This document shows, piece by piece, positions 18,701 to 58,500 of a stretch of DNA of 64,000 bases. The stretch covers positions 1,764,525-1,828,524 of the forward strand of contig CM074816.1 in assembly GCA_037447605.1 (NCBI GenBank), written 5' to 3'. Under the pieces are notes generated by a model, which saw only the letters and a list, made by a program, of their open reading frames with translations, did no database searches and was not told the origin of the DNA. The DNA comes from Zygnema circumcarinatum SAG 698-1b (Eukaryota; Plantae; Zygnematophyceae). The position numbers and the translations under genes were made by a program. Position 1 is the stretch's first letter. Every line of letters begins with the position of its first letter.

Positions 18701-21700
18701 TGAAACTTTGCCCATCAGTTATGAAGATTATCACTCAAAGTGGGACCGACACAACCTGAGAGCGTTTATTATGGATCCAAGACCAACACTCCGGTCACTA
18801 ATTCATTATGAGCCTCAAGTTGACATAGGGTGAAGGTTCTCTCGCTCTTTCTCGCTCTCACCCTCTTTCTCTCTCTCCCAATTTGTTTTTCTCTCTCTCT
18901 TTCACTCTCTCTCGCTCATTTTCTCTCTCTCAACCTCTCTCTCCCTCTTTTTCTCCCTCTCTCTCTCTCTCTCTCTCTCTCAAATGCCTACGTAACCGGA
19001 ACTGAACTGTCTGGGCAAGAAACGAAATTCCGGGGGGGACTATTAAATGACTGTACTAGAAAAACAGCATCGAACCCTCAAACAACGACGTTACACTACA
19101 TACTCACCAATATCTCATGATACACAAATGTGCGCAAAGCTTCCCCGCTAACTGTTCGCACGTCAGGACGAAAGTACTTCACTGAGTCGAGGTAGGAAAG
19201 ATATACACGACGATTGTTAGGTTGGTCACAGTCTGAACCAAACTCTTGCACATACATTCCGAATAAGCAAACCTCAACCCCCTCAATGCACTGAAACAGC
19301 AGCAGCACCTGCACCACCCATTCTCCCACTTTTGTTAGCATGCTGTATCGAGGGGCTGAGAATCCTTCATAGGCAAACTCCTACAGGATTGTCATACATC
19401 ATCGCTCTCATTAGCATACTGGATAAAAGTGCTTTCTCAACCAATTTCCTGACAAAGAGGCGAATCTCACTAGAAATCTAACCATCAGGGGGGATTCAGT
19501 TCTCCTCAACCCCAGCATGCATATTGACAGAAGACCATTGATTGTTTCACCGGATTTACCTTTGACTTGTATGGAAACTCATTAGGATATTCCCCGTCTG
19601 GGAAAATTGATAAGAACCGTGACTTTGTTTCCAGTTTCTTATCAACAGAGGAAACGACACGTATGACCAACTCCTCTGCTCCCTGCACCTGCACATTACT
19701 CCAACTCCAGTTGAGAAATAAGTACTTATTCCAGTAATATCAACCCATGAACCTTATCAGGTTTGAAACACATACAATTCTCTCTGTCAAAGTGCCTCAA
19801 AGTATATCATTGATGTAACTTCCTCGTCCCTTATTTCTCAATTGCTAAGTTTCCTCATAGGGACATTGCCTCTCTTTTCAATAGTCTAAAACTTCAATCC
19901 GACTTGACAACTCCAACTTCACTTCCCAATTTGTCGTCCAAAATCAGTTTGTAACCCAATCTGTAAATTTTCCAATCTGACTTCCGGCTCACATCAAACG
20001 CATTCTCTACTTCTCTTCGACTGGCATGAAGATTTGAAGGGATTATGTACCTCTTGACTCTCTATTCATTAAACAAACCTCTCTTCTCCAAATCACTCTC
20101 CTTGATGCCTACTCTCCAATGTGCTCGTTCCACCCACAACCACATATACAACCCCCCCTGATAAAGGAGTAGATAACAGTTGCACATAGAACAGGTTTTC
20201 CTACTCTTCTAGAGTTGTAAATCGCACAAGACAAAAGAATAAACTTTCTGAGCCCCCCATTACAAAGCTTTACGATTTTATACGGACCTGATCAACACTC
20301 TTTGACTGTGCTCGTGCTCTTTCCGCCCTCTCTTGTGCCAGTCTTTTTGCAAGCCGACCTTCTAATTCATCACTCAGCCCAGTTCTGGGCAAGTCTTTAG
20401 CCCCCAATACAGCAGTGGGTTCAAGGGGTCGACGTTCCCCTTTCTCCATTTGTCGAGCACAGCATTCCGGACACGTGAAATCGGGATTGCCCTCATTTCG
20501 TCGAAGATTGAAGAGGGCACACACTTGATGCACCCACTTCTTGCAAGTATTGCACTCCACCCACTGGATTATTTCCCAACCCAGATTTCGTCAGAGAAAC
20601 CCTCATTCACCTTCATTGTAATGAAGCGAATCAAAGTAAAAAAAGGGTAAGAGCAGCAAGCTTTCAACAGCCTGAAGGAAGATGGTAAACATTGCTGAAC
20701 TCACCCCTTCCTCTGACTCTTCATTGTTGAGACGTTTCTCTAACTTGCTCTTGCTACAGGGGGGATAGCCATCGATGGTTATAGTGTCTGTACGGAATTC
20801 ACTGCAACACTTGCCACAGAAGTACTGCTTCTGTTCTCCAGATCCGGTCGTATAATAGACTTTATGGCGTTGTATACGCTTGCCACATACTGTACAGTAG
20901 ATGGGGGGTGGATCGAAAAACAGCTTCTCCACTGCACAAAGCTTGCACTCCTCTCCACTGGAAGCACCAACAGGTTGATTCTTTTCTCCCTTGCCCTTGA
21001 CCTGCAGGAAAGGAATGCAGGGAAGGAGAGGAATGGAATACAGAGACACGCATGGCAATGTTGAGAACGATGTAGCAGCGATGTGGCAACCCATAGGCCT
21101 TCGCTTCTGGTAATTGGGTGCAGTAGTCTAAGTTCTGAAGGCAAGCTCAAAAAAAAAACAATGTTAACCGTAAACATGATGAGGAGGGGGGAGAACCCAC
21201 CTGACACACAGATTGGCGAAGACTTCGCACATGCTGCCGGATCATGTCAGGTGTAAAAAGCTCTGTGAGAGAAGTGCCAACTCCTTTAAAAATGACCTTG
21301 TCAGCAGACCCTAGTTGTGAATTGGCTACAATATTATTCGCTACTTCCGACTTGACAGGGGCTACTGGTGGAGGAGTTCGAGACCTAACAATAGCAGGAG
21401 CAACATGCTTCACTGACACAGATTCTGCTTTTACTACTCCAGTCCCAAGCTGCGTCGCAGGATTCACGATTTCAGGTTGACTCTCAACTTTCACCACCGC
21501 TACTTTGGCATTTGAATCATTCGTCTTCTCATCTATATCTTTCTTCAAATTTACACTACCACTATGCCTCTGACTCGACCTCACATCACTCTGTATAGAG
21601 CTCTCTGCATCCACTTTCGTTCTCTTGGCTGGTGAAGCCTGTCCATCACTTGAGTTAGGTGCTTTCACATTTGATACTCCTTGCACTGTCGGAAGAGACT

Positions 21701-23349
21701 GGGTTTGAGGAGCAGCAACCGGCTGCTGCCCTTCTGTCAACCTCATCTGGTTAGCAGCTTCCATCGCCCTCCTAACAGGCACACATACTGGGCAAGCAGT
21801 ATCTCTGCAGTTGCCATGGCGAACAGGTACACAGACAGGACAAAAGGCATTCCGGCACACTCTATGGTGCTCAAGAAGCACCCGTGATTGCTTGCAACGA
21901 TCGTACTGGCAATCAGCTTCTTGGCACCTCGAAGCGTGCTCAAAAAGATCACGGAAGATGCGGCAATGTGGGATTTTTTGTGGACATTGTTCCGTTTGGG
22001 ACTGACACTTCGAGCCATGGCGCAGCATGTGAAGAAATCGCTGCTGCTTTCCATACTGAATGGCCCGAAGAGGAGGGATCACCACATCAGCATTCACAAA
22101 ACCAAGTGAACCTCCTCCACCAGCTTTAGAAAGGTCGCCCTGAGGAGGAGGCGACCCCATATCGGGAGAGCCTCTGTGCTGCTGAGTCTGAAGCTGAGAA
22201 GATTTTGCCTGCAGCGATCCATTTGGGGTCTGACCTTTCACAGTAGATTGAATTGAAGGGCTGCTGGATGGCATGTTCGACTTCAACTGTGACTGAGTGA
22301 GAGGCCCTCCTTGTTGAATCCGTGATGACTGCTGGTTGGATAACGAAACTCCAGTAGTAACTCCTTCTGGGATTGTCTGAGACCTTCCAATAGGAGAAGG
22401 AACTTTGCTTCCCAGTTGCTGTCCTTGCGTGATCGGTTTTCCTGCCTGCTGAACCCTAGCCTGCTGAGTCTGCTGCTGCGACTGTTGTGGCTGTTGTGGG
22501 AAATGGCTCTGCTGCATCTGATTGCCAGGTTGACTGTTGAATTGCTGCTGTTGAGCAGCAGAAAGTCCCGGAACAGGAATCATTTTGCTCACAGGCGGAG
22601 GGATTCTGCGCTGGCAGGCATTCAAGGCCCCACCTGACAAAACCCACCTAACTTTGTTAATAGAAGTCTCCAAGTTTCGAGTTGGCCATTAAGCACCTTC
22701 AATTAAAAAGCCACTGGATCATAAAGCACTGGTATAACTACCGTGTGGACACTGTATACTACAGAATGGGAGTGAAGCAAGTACTTGAGATGCAATCTCA
22801 ACGATATGACATGCTTTTCATTAGCTGCCATTGAGCTCTTTGAGAAGAGCCTCCTTCGGAAACCGAGGAAATGTGATTAGCTAGAGACGATTAGCCAGAA
22901 AGACCATTAGATATAAACAACGGTCGTCCTGAACAAGCTATAATTGACCGAAAAAACACATACAGACCACTTGAGATCAAAGCCATTCGTGGGTATCTTT
23001 CAATTGAATATGGTCATTCTCACCAGGAAGGTTGGCTTGTTGGGGTGGAGGCCTTGGCCCCCCTTGCCGTTGCTGCTGCAAAATCTGTCTCCTTTGCTGC
23101 TGTTGCTGCTGGAAGGCAGGATTACCATGGCCTGATTGTGCATTCGGCCCCCCATTAACGTATGGGGCACCACTCACAGAAGAACTGTCCACGTTCATCC
23201 CGTTGCTGAGACGCTGCGCGTTATTAGCAAAACCCGGAGTCACGTTCGCCTTTCTTGGTCCAGCCAATCCATTAACTGCTGCTCCTGTTCCACTGGGAAG
23301 AGTCTGCCCATTCACATGCCGATAAGGGAATGTGCCTGCAGGTCCAATA

Positions 23350-23383
<34 letters not shown>

Positions 23384-25150
23384 AAGAGTGAACCTCTACT
23401 GCTGCAGATGCTCCCACCCCTGCTGAGTTCCCACTGTTTGCCTGCTCCTCTGCCCCTTGAGAGGCCTGCACGGACGGCAATCCAGGTGTGGGGATCATGG
23501 TAACACTTGATAATGGATTCATGCCAACTTGCTGAGTTCCATTTGTCATTCCCCGACCAATCATTGACTGGGGAGGAAGCATTCCAGGAGTGGGCATCAT
23601 GCCAGGTGTCGGAATCATGTTACTTCCTAATGAAGGTTTGTCCATCACGGTACCCATATGAGGATGGCCCTGAGAAGGACCCATCATCCCGGCGACATTT
23701 CCCGGCCCACCCTGCATGGGGCCCTGCATGGAAGCTGGATGAGAAGTCTGCATAATTGCACCCTGCTTTCGCTTCTGTGCAGCAGCTGCGGAGTTCTGAA
23801 CCATTTGAGCCACAAGTTGCAATCTCTGCTCCAAGGAAGACCGGTCCAGATATTCCTCCTACAAAGTAGTCCGAATGAGCCCTTTCAAGCAAGTCAGTAT
23901 CACAGGGAATAAACGAGTGAAGAATGCGAAATGACACGGACGGTTAAATTTCCACATTCAAAAAGCAGTGAGAGAAATGAAGTCACATTAATGCTGTTCG
24001 TTACGGACCCCTCGTGAAGAGAAAAGAGGTGAATAACTCTTTAAACGTCTGAAGAGCAAAAGTTCACACAAAAAATGATGCAAATGTGAATATCGTCACT
24101 ATATATCATCAAAGTGGACATCCGAAAGTGTAAATATACGAATTAGCCTCACGTAAGCGAATTTGAGGCACAACCGCTGTCGAATATGATAAGATTGACG
24201 TCAACATGACGAAAATGAACTTCTAAACAGCGTCATATGTGAAAAACACAGACAAGGCATACCTTTGTTGCTGCATTTCTGTACAGAGCATCTTCCATCC
24301 TGCTTACAAAATCTGGAATCTTCTGTTCCCAAGGTGTACCATTGCTGCCAGCCTTGCGCTTTCGAAACAATTGTGAGCTGCAAAATGTCAAAAAAGGAAA
24401 AAGGGTATGCACAAAGAGCATTTGTACGACTGACGAACCTGATAGACAGCAAAATCGCAAAATAAGATCAGCAGCTAATAGTTTTCTCCACATTCAGCCT
24501 TGTCAATAGCCAATGTAGACAAATCCAGTTTCCGAATTATCCCTTTTTCTTCGCCTGCATTCTTCCCAACGTACGACGGCACATTGCCTCCGGTGTTTGA
24601 AACCTTATCCACAACAAATAACATGCAAACAACTATGCCATTCCATTCATAATACGACATATCCTTATTTCATTCCTATGATAAAAAAATGTAACTTGAT
24701 GTCTTGACATCCTTCCCAGCTTTCCTCCTGCATATTCTCTCCCTTGTTTCAAACCTAACCCTAAGGTGCAATACAGCAAGTGTAATTTTACTCACATTCC
24801 GTTTATCGGATCAAAAGATGCAACATTATCCTTAAATATACCGAAATTTCAAGTTGCATACACTCTACCTTGCCCTAACCCTAATCTGCGAAACCACAAT
24901 CAGCACCATCACCGCGCCTATTCCACCTATATATTACATTCTCAAAGAAGTCAGCAGAACTAATCCGTCTCATACTCCTATTGGCAGCATCTGAACTCGT
25001 CTCTCACATTGTTTCCCGCATAGTTTGTCGCAGCTGGCCGTCTTGCTCACTATGCCATGGCCTCCGCCATGGCAGCCCTGAAGGGCCTCCCATTCCTGCA
25101 GGAGGAGCAGGCCGTTGAATGTTCCCTGAGCCCTGCTGCGTAGTCTGCAT
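15788..25150 (-). CDS. HAC1: CBP/p300-type histone acetyltransferase (HAC1-like): KIX-like, Q-rich, TAZ, RING/PHD, KAT11 HAT, ZZ, ZZ, TAZ
   Basis: Exons encode [103 protein letters not shown] and [19 protein letters not shown]. Start is gccATG at 25150; stop is TGA at 15790-15788. Confidence 0.95.
16350..16606. repeat. 3 x 88-bp tandem repeat filling most of an HAC intron
   Basis: AAGTGTGTTCAAAACCATGTCA...CAAATCTCAGCTTGAATCATCAGATTCTGAGTTAA starts at 16350, 16438 and 16526. Confidence 0.9.
17141..17268. repeat. 3 x ~41-bp GA-rich intronic tandem repeat
   Basis: GGGAGTGAGTGAGAGAGGAGGAGAAGAGACAGCAAGAGGGA repeated. Confidence 0.8.
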
Positions 25151-27180
25151 GGCTTTCACCTTCACCTTCACTTTCTCCAATTCTCCACTAACTGAGCTCC
25201 CTTGCTCAAAATCAACCCTTCAGTTCTCCATAACTCCCTAAGCAATCCTTCCTTCGTTCACTATTGGACTATCGCAGACATTAGGGCAAGGAAATCGCCT
25301 TCAGAAGATGCTCCATGGGTGTCATTCCGTGGCAGCCATGGCTGCCAGGAGGGCGACCGGTGAAGGCAGGACAGGCCGTCCTGAGAGAGAGAGCATAGCA
25401 TGGCGCATGGCTTCCCTGCATCAAACGTCTGTCACATGTCCGTGTACATGTAGTCCCGATCTGTCACAGTTCTTGCTATTTTACAAATTTCAGTATAGAA
25501 ACGACGACAATATTTCGGTCAAGGTTTTAACTAGTTCATGCAAGATCTATGCTTAGTTACAGTTGCACAGCAAGTGATAAAAAATAGTAAAATTCGATCT
25601 GAATAGAAATGTCGTATCGTATCGTATCGCATTATATGATATATTATCCTATCGTATCGCATCGCCAAAGTGACCTACTGAATGGGATAATAAAATCGTT
25701 TACACGATACATCTCCATACGGACGCCGTGGGAAAGGGACCCGTCTTGAGTTCCGCGTTGCTCCACACCATGAGCGGCAAATTGCCTCCTGTATTTGGAA
25801 TTAGTCTCCCTCTCCCTCTCCCTCTCTCCCTCTCCTCTCCCTCCCTCGTCCTCCCTGTTTCTTTCCCTTTCCTACTCCCTCGCCCCTCGCCCTCTCCTTT
25901 CGCTCCCCGTCCCTCTCCCCCTCCCTCCCTCTCCCTCTCNNNNNNNNNNCCCTCTCCCTCTCCCTCTCCCTCTCCCTCTCCCTCTCCCTCCCTCTCCCTT
26001 TCCGCAACCAAAATAATAGGCCTTCCGAAACTGAACCTAGCACCAGACAAAAAGTACCCTGCATGTTTTCAAGGCCTTCAGAGTCTCTAAGGCTTGCAAT
26101 ATCGGTTGGATACTTAAAATTTTCAGACTTGTCACATCTTGACTGAGCTGGCATCCATTAAAGCTTGAAAATCTTTAGAAAAAATTCCTGATCAAAGCAA
26201 AATGAAGGTCGGTTCGGATCGAATCATTAAAGGCTCTCTATAACAAAAACATATGGAATGCATGTGTCAAAAAAAAAAGAATCAAACATTTTTCAGAATT
26301 GGACCCATCTCGAAGCACAGACGGCGAACCCTTCGCATGCGGTTTTGTAAAGCACTTTTTTGAAATTAATATTTTTCAACATACAATGCAACGGTACAAC
26401 AAGAAGGAAGAAAGAAAAGAACTATCAAAAGCCGATTCTATATTTACAAATGTGTATCCCTACCCTCCCCTCTCCCCGCTCTCCCTCTCTCTCTCTCCCT
26501 CTCTCTCTCTCTATCTTCCTTTTAAAGCTATAACATAATCATCCATTTCACAATAGACTTCCACGACGCTATCATTAAGATGGGACTGACCCTCCCCCCC
26601 CCCCCTAATTTAAAAGGAGAAGAAACAATGGCGAAGACTATGGTAGACCAAAACGAGTGAAATGAAGAAGTGGGTGGAGGCCCTCCTCCCTCCCTCCCTC
26701 CTCCCTCCCTCCTCCCAGTCCTCAAAACATGGATAGGGGCTAATCGAACTGGAGGTTCCACATGTACACAGTTTTTATGCCCTCGACAGTAATTCTCAAA
26801 AGTGCTATACAGGGACAAAACACAGACTTTGGGGTCTTTTTGCAGCCATTGGAGCCCAGAAGCAAGGAGGTTTCCAGTGAAGCCTTATAGCGCCGTTTAA
26901 TCGCCAAAGGTCTAAATTTCCCTCTATCTCATTCCCCCTTCCACTGCCTCCAAAGCTGCAAATGCTTCGGTTCGAGATCTCCGTCAGAAACCACTCCACA
27001 TATACACGCATGTTAGCAAATCGAATCCGACAGAATCAAGAACACTCTCCTCCCTCCCTAAGCCTTCTCACCGCCTCCCTCCCCTCCCCGTCCTCTCCTT
27101 CTCCTTCTCCTTCTCCGTCTCCCTTCCCCTCCCCTCCATCTCCTCCCTCTCTCCTCCTCCCCTTTCCCTCCACTGTCCTG

Positions 27181-53709
<26,529 letters not shown>

Positions 53710-54672
53710 GCCGCAAGTTTCACTTCCGTCCTCAGCTCTGCGCTTATGCCGAGAACCACCATCAATCACACCTCTCTCTTCTCTCCCTCTTCCTCCCCTC
53801 CCTCTCTCTCTCAATCCTCCCTCCCTCCCTCCCTCTCTCTCTCTCAATCCTTCCTCCCTCCCTCCCTCCCTCTCTCCCTCTCAATCCTCACTCCCTCTCT
53901 CAATCCTCCCTACCTCACTCCCTCTCAATCCTCCCTCCCTCCCTGAACGGCTCGTATCGCCCTCATATGACCCCATGGACCCATGGCATGGGGTCCGTCA
54001 TGATACCGTACATTCGTACATATTCGTGCATGACCGTACTTTTCGTACGCATTCGTACATATTCGTACTATTCGTACATTTCATTTGTCGCATATGTGGC
54101 GTGACTTCCAACGTTCCAACTTTCGGGTAGATGTTATCGACACGCCTCTTCAAATACGGGATTTTCGGCTTAAGATAAGGGGTGGTTCACTAAATTGGTT
54201 TTTTAAAACCCCGTAAATATGGTATGTACGGAATAAGCCGTACATGTACGGGACCTTGCCTTTTGGCTGCCTCTTTGCCCGTTTACTTGAAACCCATATG
54301 GAAACACGGCCATCCTTCACACAAAAGCAATTCATTTCACATTTTTTTTTTTAAATGATGAAATGGTGATGATGATGAGATGTGGCATTGACATCACGAT
54401 GGCGATGATGCATGCCATCAAATGTACATGGCCAACATCATCATGGAGAACCACGAGGAACAACTGGTCGCGAAGGACTATAGGACAAAAGAAAAAAGCT
54501 AGGAGCTGAAAAAGGCTTCCTCCCCCCTCCCCCCCCCCTTTTGTTTTGAGGCTTTTATGGTATTTACGGTTAAAATTCCCTTTAAATAAATCACAAACTG
54601 TCCCGTGAATAAGCTATTTACGATATTTAGGGGTTGTCCCGTATTTGAAGAGACCAGGTCATCGATTACATA

Positions 54673-55195
54673 CAGTGGGGGGTCCTCGTATTTACCACCC
54701 CAAGGAGTGCGTCCTCAATATTTTCGCCCCAATTTTGCCGAAACCACTTTTTTGTACGGTAACTTGTGTTAGCCGTACTGTTCGTACTGTCCGTATTGTT
54801 CGTACTGTCCGTACTATCTGTACTAGCCGTTACGGGCTTACGCAAAACGCACCTAATCTCCCCGCTCGTGCCGCCGTAAGAGGCGCTCGCTCTTCTCCCC
54901 GTCTTCTTGACTTCGATACGATACGATACGATACGAACGGTCAATACGATACGAAACTCCCCGATGGTTGGATCACGATGCTAAATGATACAGTATATGC
55001 GTCACGATATGTCACGATACGATACAATTCTAAATGATACAGTACGATACGGTACGATACGATACGTACGGTTCAACATGAACTCTAACATAATACCGCC
55101 CGTCTATTTGTAACACGAACCTTATATATGCAAATTTAATATTTTCGCCTCATTTTGCCCGGAACCAGGGTGGAAAATATGAGGACCCCCTACTG
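54673..55195. mobile_element. Tc1/mariner (pogo-like) MITE with 28-bp TIRs and TA target duplication
   Basis: The left end is TA|CAGTGGGGGGTCCTCGTATTTACCACCC. The reverse complement of the right end is TA|CAGTAGGGGGTCCTCATATTTTCCACCC (3 mismatches). No coding capacity; internal (GATAC)n and CGTAC repeats. Confidence 0.85.
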
Positions 55196-55510
55196 TAGCA
55201 AGATCGTTGTACGGTGGTTGTACCGTACCGCAACCGTGGGTACTGTACGACAAATTCTGTACGGTATCATACGGTTAGGTAACGGTTGTCAAGGACACTG
55301 AGCTGCGGTTCCGTGTTGCAACTTTACGCTACGTTAACTGTGACACGGACATAGAGACGAGACGCACTCGAAAGAGCCTGGTGGTACTTATGGCCCATCT
55401 TCTTCCCTGGCTCCCTCCTGCTCCTACAAGGAGCTCCATTCCTGGAGACGCCATGGCGGCCCTCTGACTCTTTTCCTCAAGGTTTCGGCTCTCGGCTCTT
55501 GGCTCTCGGC

Positions 55511-58500
55511 ATGTGTGACATGTCGAGTACTCTCACACACATCTGCCTCTGCACAGTCCCTGCTTCTCCCTCCACTCCGCACAGCCTCTCTTGTTCGTCG
55601 CAACAACGCCCATCTCGCTATCACGCACCTCCGCTAAGAGTGAAGACTGCGTATCGTCAGAGGGAATTGAACTCCAAGGAAATCAATGTTGTAAATTTTC
55701 TGTCAGAAAAGTCTTTTTTGAGTCTTCCCAGCTCCTTTCATGTACAGCTTGTGACAATAAGCTCTTTCAGGCCCTCTCCCCTGCGCTTCTTCCAACCATT
55801 TTTCTCTCCAAAAATACGTACTCCTTTTAGCTCTTTCTCACTGTATTCACCTCCTACCTCCGCATTGATTCAAACGATTCTCCTCGCAGCATCTCCCCTG
55901 CACTGTGTTTCCTCCAACCGTCCACATTCTGTTCGCCTTCAGCGTCTGCATTCAGCTCAGCCGTTCCTTTCGTCCCTCCCTGCTTCAAAGCCAAAAAAAA
56001 AGTTGAAGGTCACGGCTGCACTGCCTCCTGAAGCTCTAGGAGGTACTGAAGGCCACTTCGTTTTTTCGCTAATGTCGCCTCCAGTCAGTGCTTATGGCGT
56101 GGCTGTCATGGCATTGGGAGGTGTGGCGGTGCTCGTCGGTTCCGCTGCCAGCGTCGTTGCAATTGCGTAAGAGTTTCTATTTCTTTCTTGTCAAGAAACT
56201 CCTTTCAAGTTTTCTGTCACGAACGCCTAATTAGAGTCCATCGAGTAATCGTCAATATATTTGCTATGTATGCACAATCATCGTTCGCTGAGAGGTAACG
56301 TTTTGACTCAATTCTTCAATTCAATGCATTCAATACGCGTTTCACACATTTCGTAAGCGGAAGGTTCGTGGTCAACAGAATGACATGATATTGTCACATG
56401 GCATTGTGTGTAGTGGCTTGATTTCGCAGCTATTTCAGTCATGTCATTGTCCACATATGACGGTGTTCTTTGCTTGAAAGCTTCTACTAATAACTACATC
56501 CGTGATTTAGAAGACGGCAGCAGCGGCCGTCTTGTGCTTATGGGCTTCGTTGGCTGTATTGGAGATCTTACCTGAGTAGGGAACTAGCGCTCACCTTCTA
56601 TTGATTGTGATGGTGAGGAGAGAGTAGCCTAACTTGTGTTCATGTGGAGTGCCCGACCAGCGCCTTTGATTCAGCTCTTCCTCTCCTCTTTCTTTTCTGC
56701 CTTTCTTTCCTTCTTTGGTGGACTTGAAACAGCATAATATTTCAGCCGCGGTGGCTGCTTAAGATCGCCAGAAAGCAAATGCCTCACATTGTTTTTGATC
56801 ACGTTACCAAGGGTACGTCCAGAATCCTTTGTTTGCTAGACGTTTTTTTTTTTTTTTTTTTTGACTTTTTTGTGTCTGTATTCTAGTGTTTGTGTCTGCC
56901 TTCCCATTAAATTCCACTGTAAACGAGAGTTTCTGTGCTTGTAGCGCTATGCTTGACTTCTAGCATACGGTCATCGCAATCCAAGATCCGTGTGAAGCAT
57001 TGTCAAGTTGACAAGTGTGTCAACTTGTCAACTTGATATTACTTTGGCTTCGCTCTTTTCAAGGACCTCATATCTGTGCCAGGTTCACTGGGGTCTGTGG
57101 GAGCTCAGATCCTATGGTTGCATTGACGATTGACGATGGGCCGAATGGCGAGACAACCCATGAGGTATTTATGCGTGAATGCTAGCTAGAAGGTCATAAT
57201 ACAGGAATAGGGTAAATTCAGTTCCTAGAACACATCTTGCTAACCCATCTCTTGTAGTGGCAAAGCATAATCACTTTGCACGAAACTTATAGGCGATCTA
57301 GAGCACACACTCTGTCAAGTGTATATTATTTCCGTCCGCATTTCATCACACACTGGAGACAAAGAACGAAGATGTTGAATGGGCATAGTTGATGTAATCA
57401 ATTCGCCTGCTTTCTGGTTGCTCTTTCGGATTGCATTGCCTACCTGCATTCCAGACCTTTTTGCTACTTTTTTTTTCGCTCACGCTCTTCGTCCAAGTTT
57501 TGTCTGTTGTTGACTCGTGTATGGCCCGATGGGGGAACTGGCTGGCAGCTGCTTGACACTTTGGAAGAGAGTGGTGCAAAGGCGACATTCTTTCTCATCG
57601 GCAAAAACATTGACAAGTACCCTGAGCTTGTACAGCGTATGCACAGTGAAGGTGAGTCGATATCTTGCAATAGGTTGAAAACACTGAGCTACTTAAACCG
57701 TCTTAAGTCTGTGCCACTTTTGCGTCTGAACAGCTCTTGTCTGCAAGCAGCTCTAATGTTTAGTGCAGGATTTTGGTAGTAGGCGGTTTCCAATGAAGCG
57801 GATTTCATGATATTCAGGTTGTGTTCAACACAAGAAGAGTGAATGCCGAGGGAGCTGCTCATTTGACCTGTCTGAATGATGGATCCCTTAACCTTAGAAG
57901 CTGGGGGCGGAGGCAGGGCATGAACTCGCTAATCATACTATGGAAGACATAGCCAGCTGGCGGCTGAGCCCGGTATGTTTCAAGCCTCTTATAAGACAAA
58001 GCTCCTGAGTGAGTCTAAGTAGTCTAGGCACCTTTAAGAAAGGCTTTCCTCAACTATGTATTGTTCTCGAACTAGTGATTTAAAATACACAGAGCTTAAT
58101 GACCGTCATTGCCTTTTTAGCGGTAATGTAAGCATTCTGAAGCAGAACTATTGAGAATCTAGTACAATATCCCTCCCTTTGTGGGGATGACGCCTTCCTT
58201 GGCGGTGCAGACTGAGTTTGAAAGGTCTCTGCTGGACGTAGACGCGAGGTTACAGGGATACTTCCATCATGATGAGAATGGATCTCCAATGAAATGGTTC
58301 CGACCGGTAAGTGCTTTGGTCTAAACCTCCTGCGATGTCACCTGAATGCTTTAACCTTGAACATGTCTGGTCCTAGACTGAATCTCCTAATCAATCTTAT
58401 GCAAAGGGCCGTCCTTGCTCGTCTCTCTTTAGAAGGCAGCTAGCTACTCACGTCCTTTCGTGATGGTGAAACCCTGAAGTCACTGAACTCTAACCTCCCC

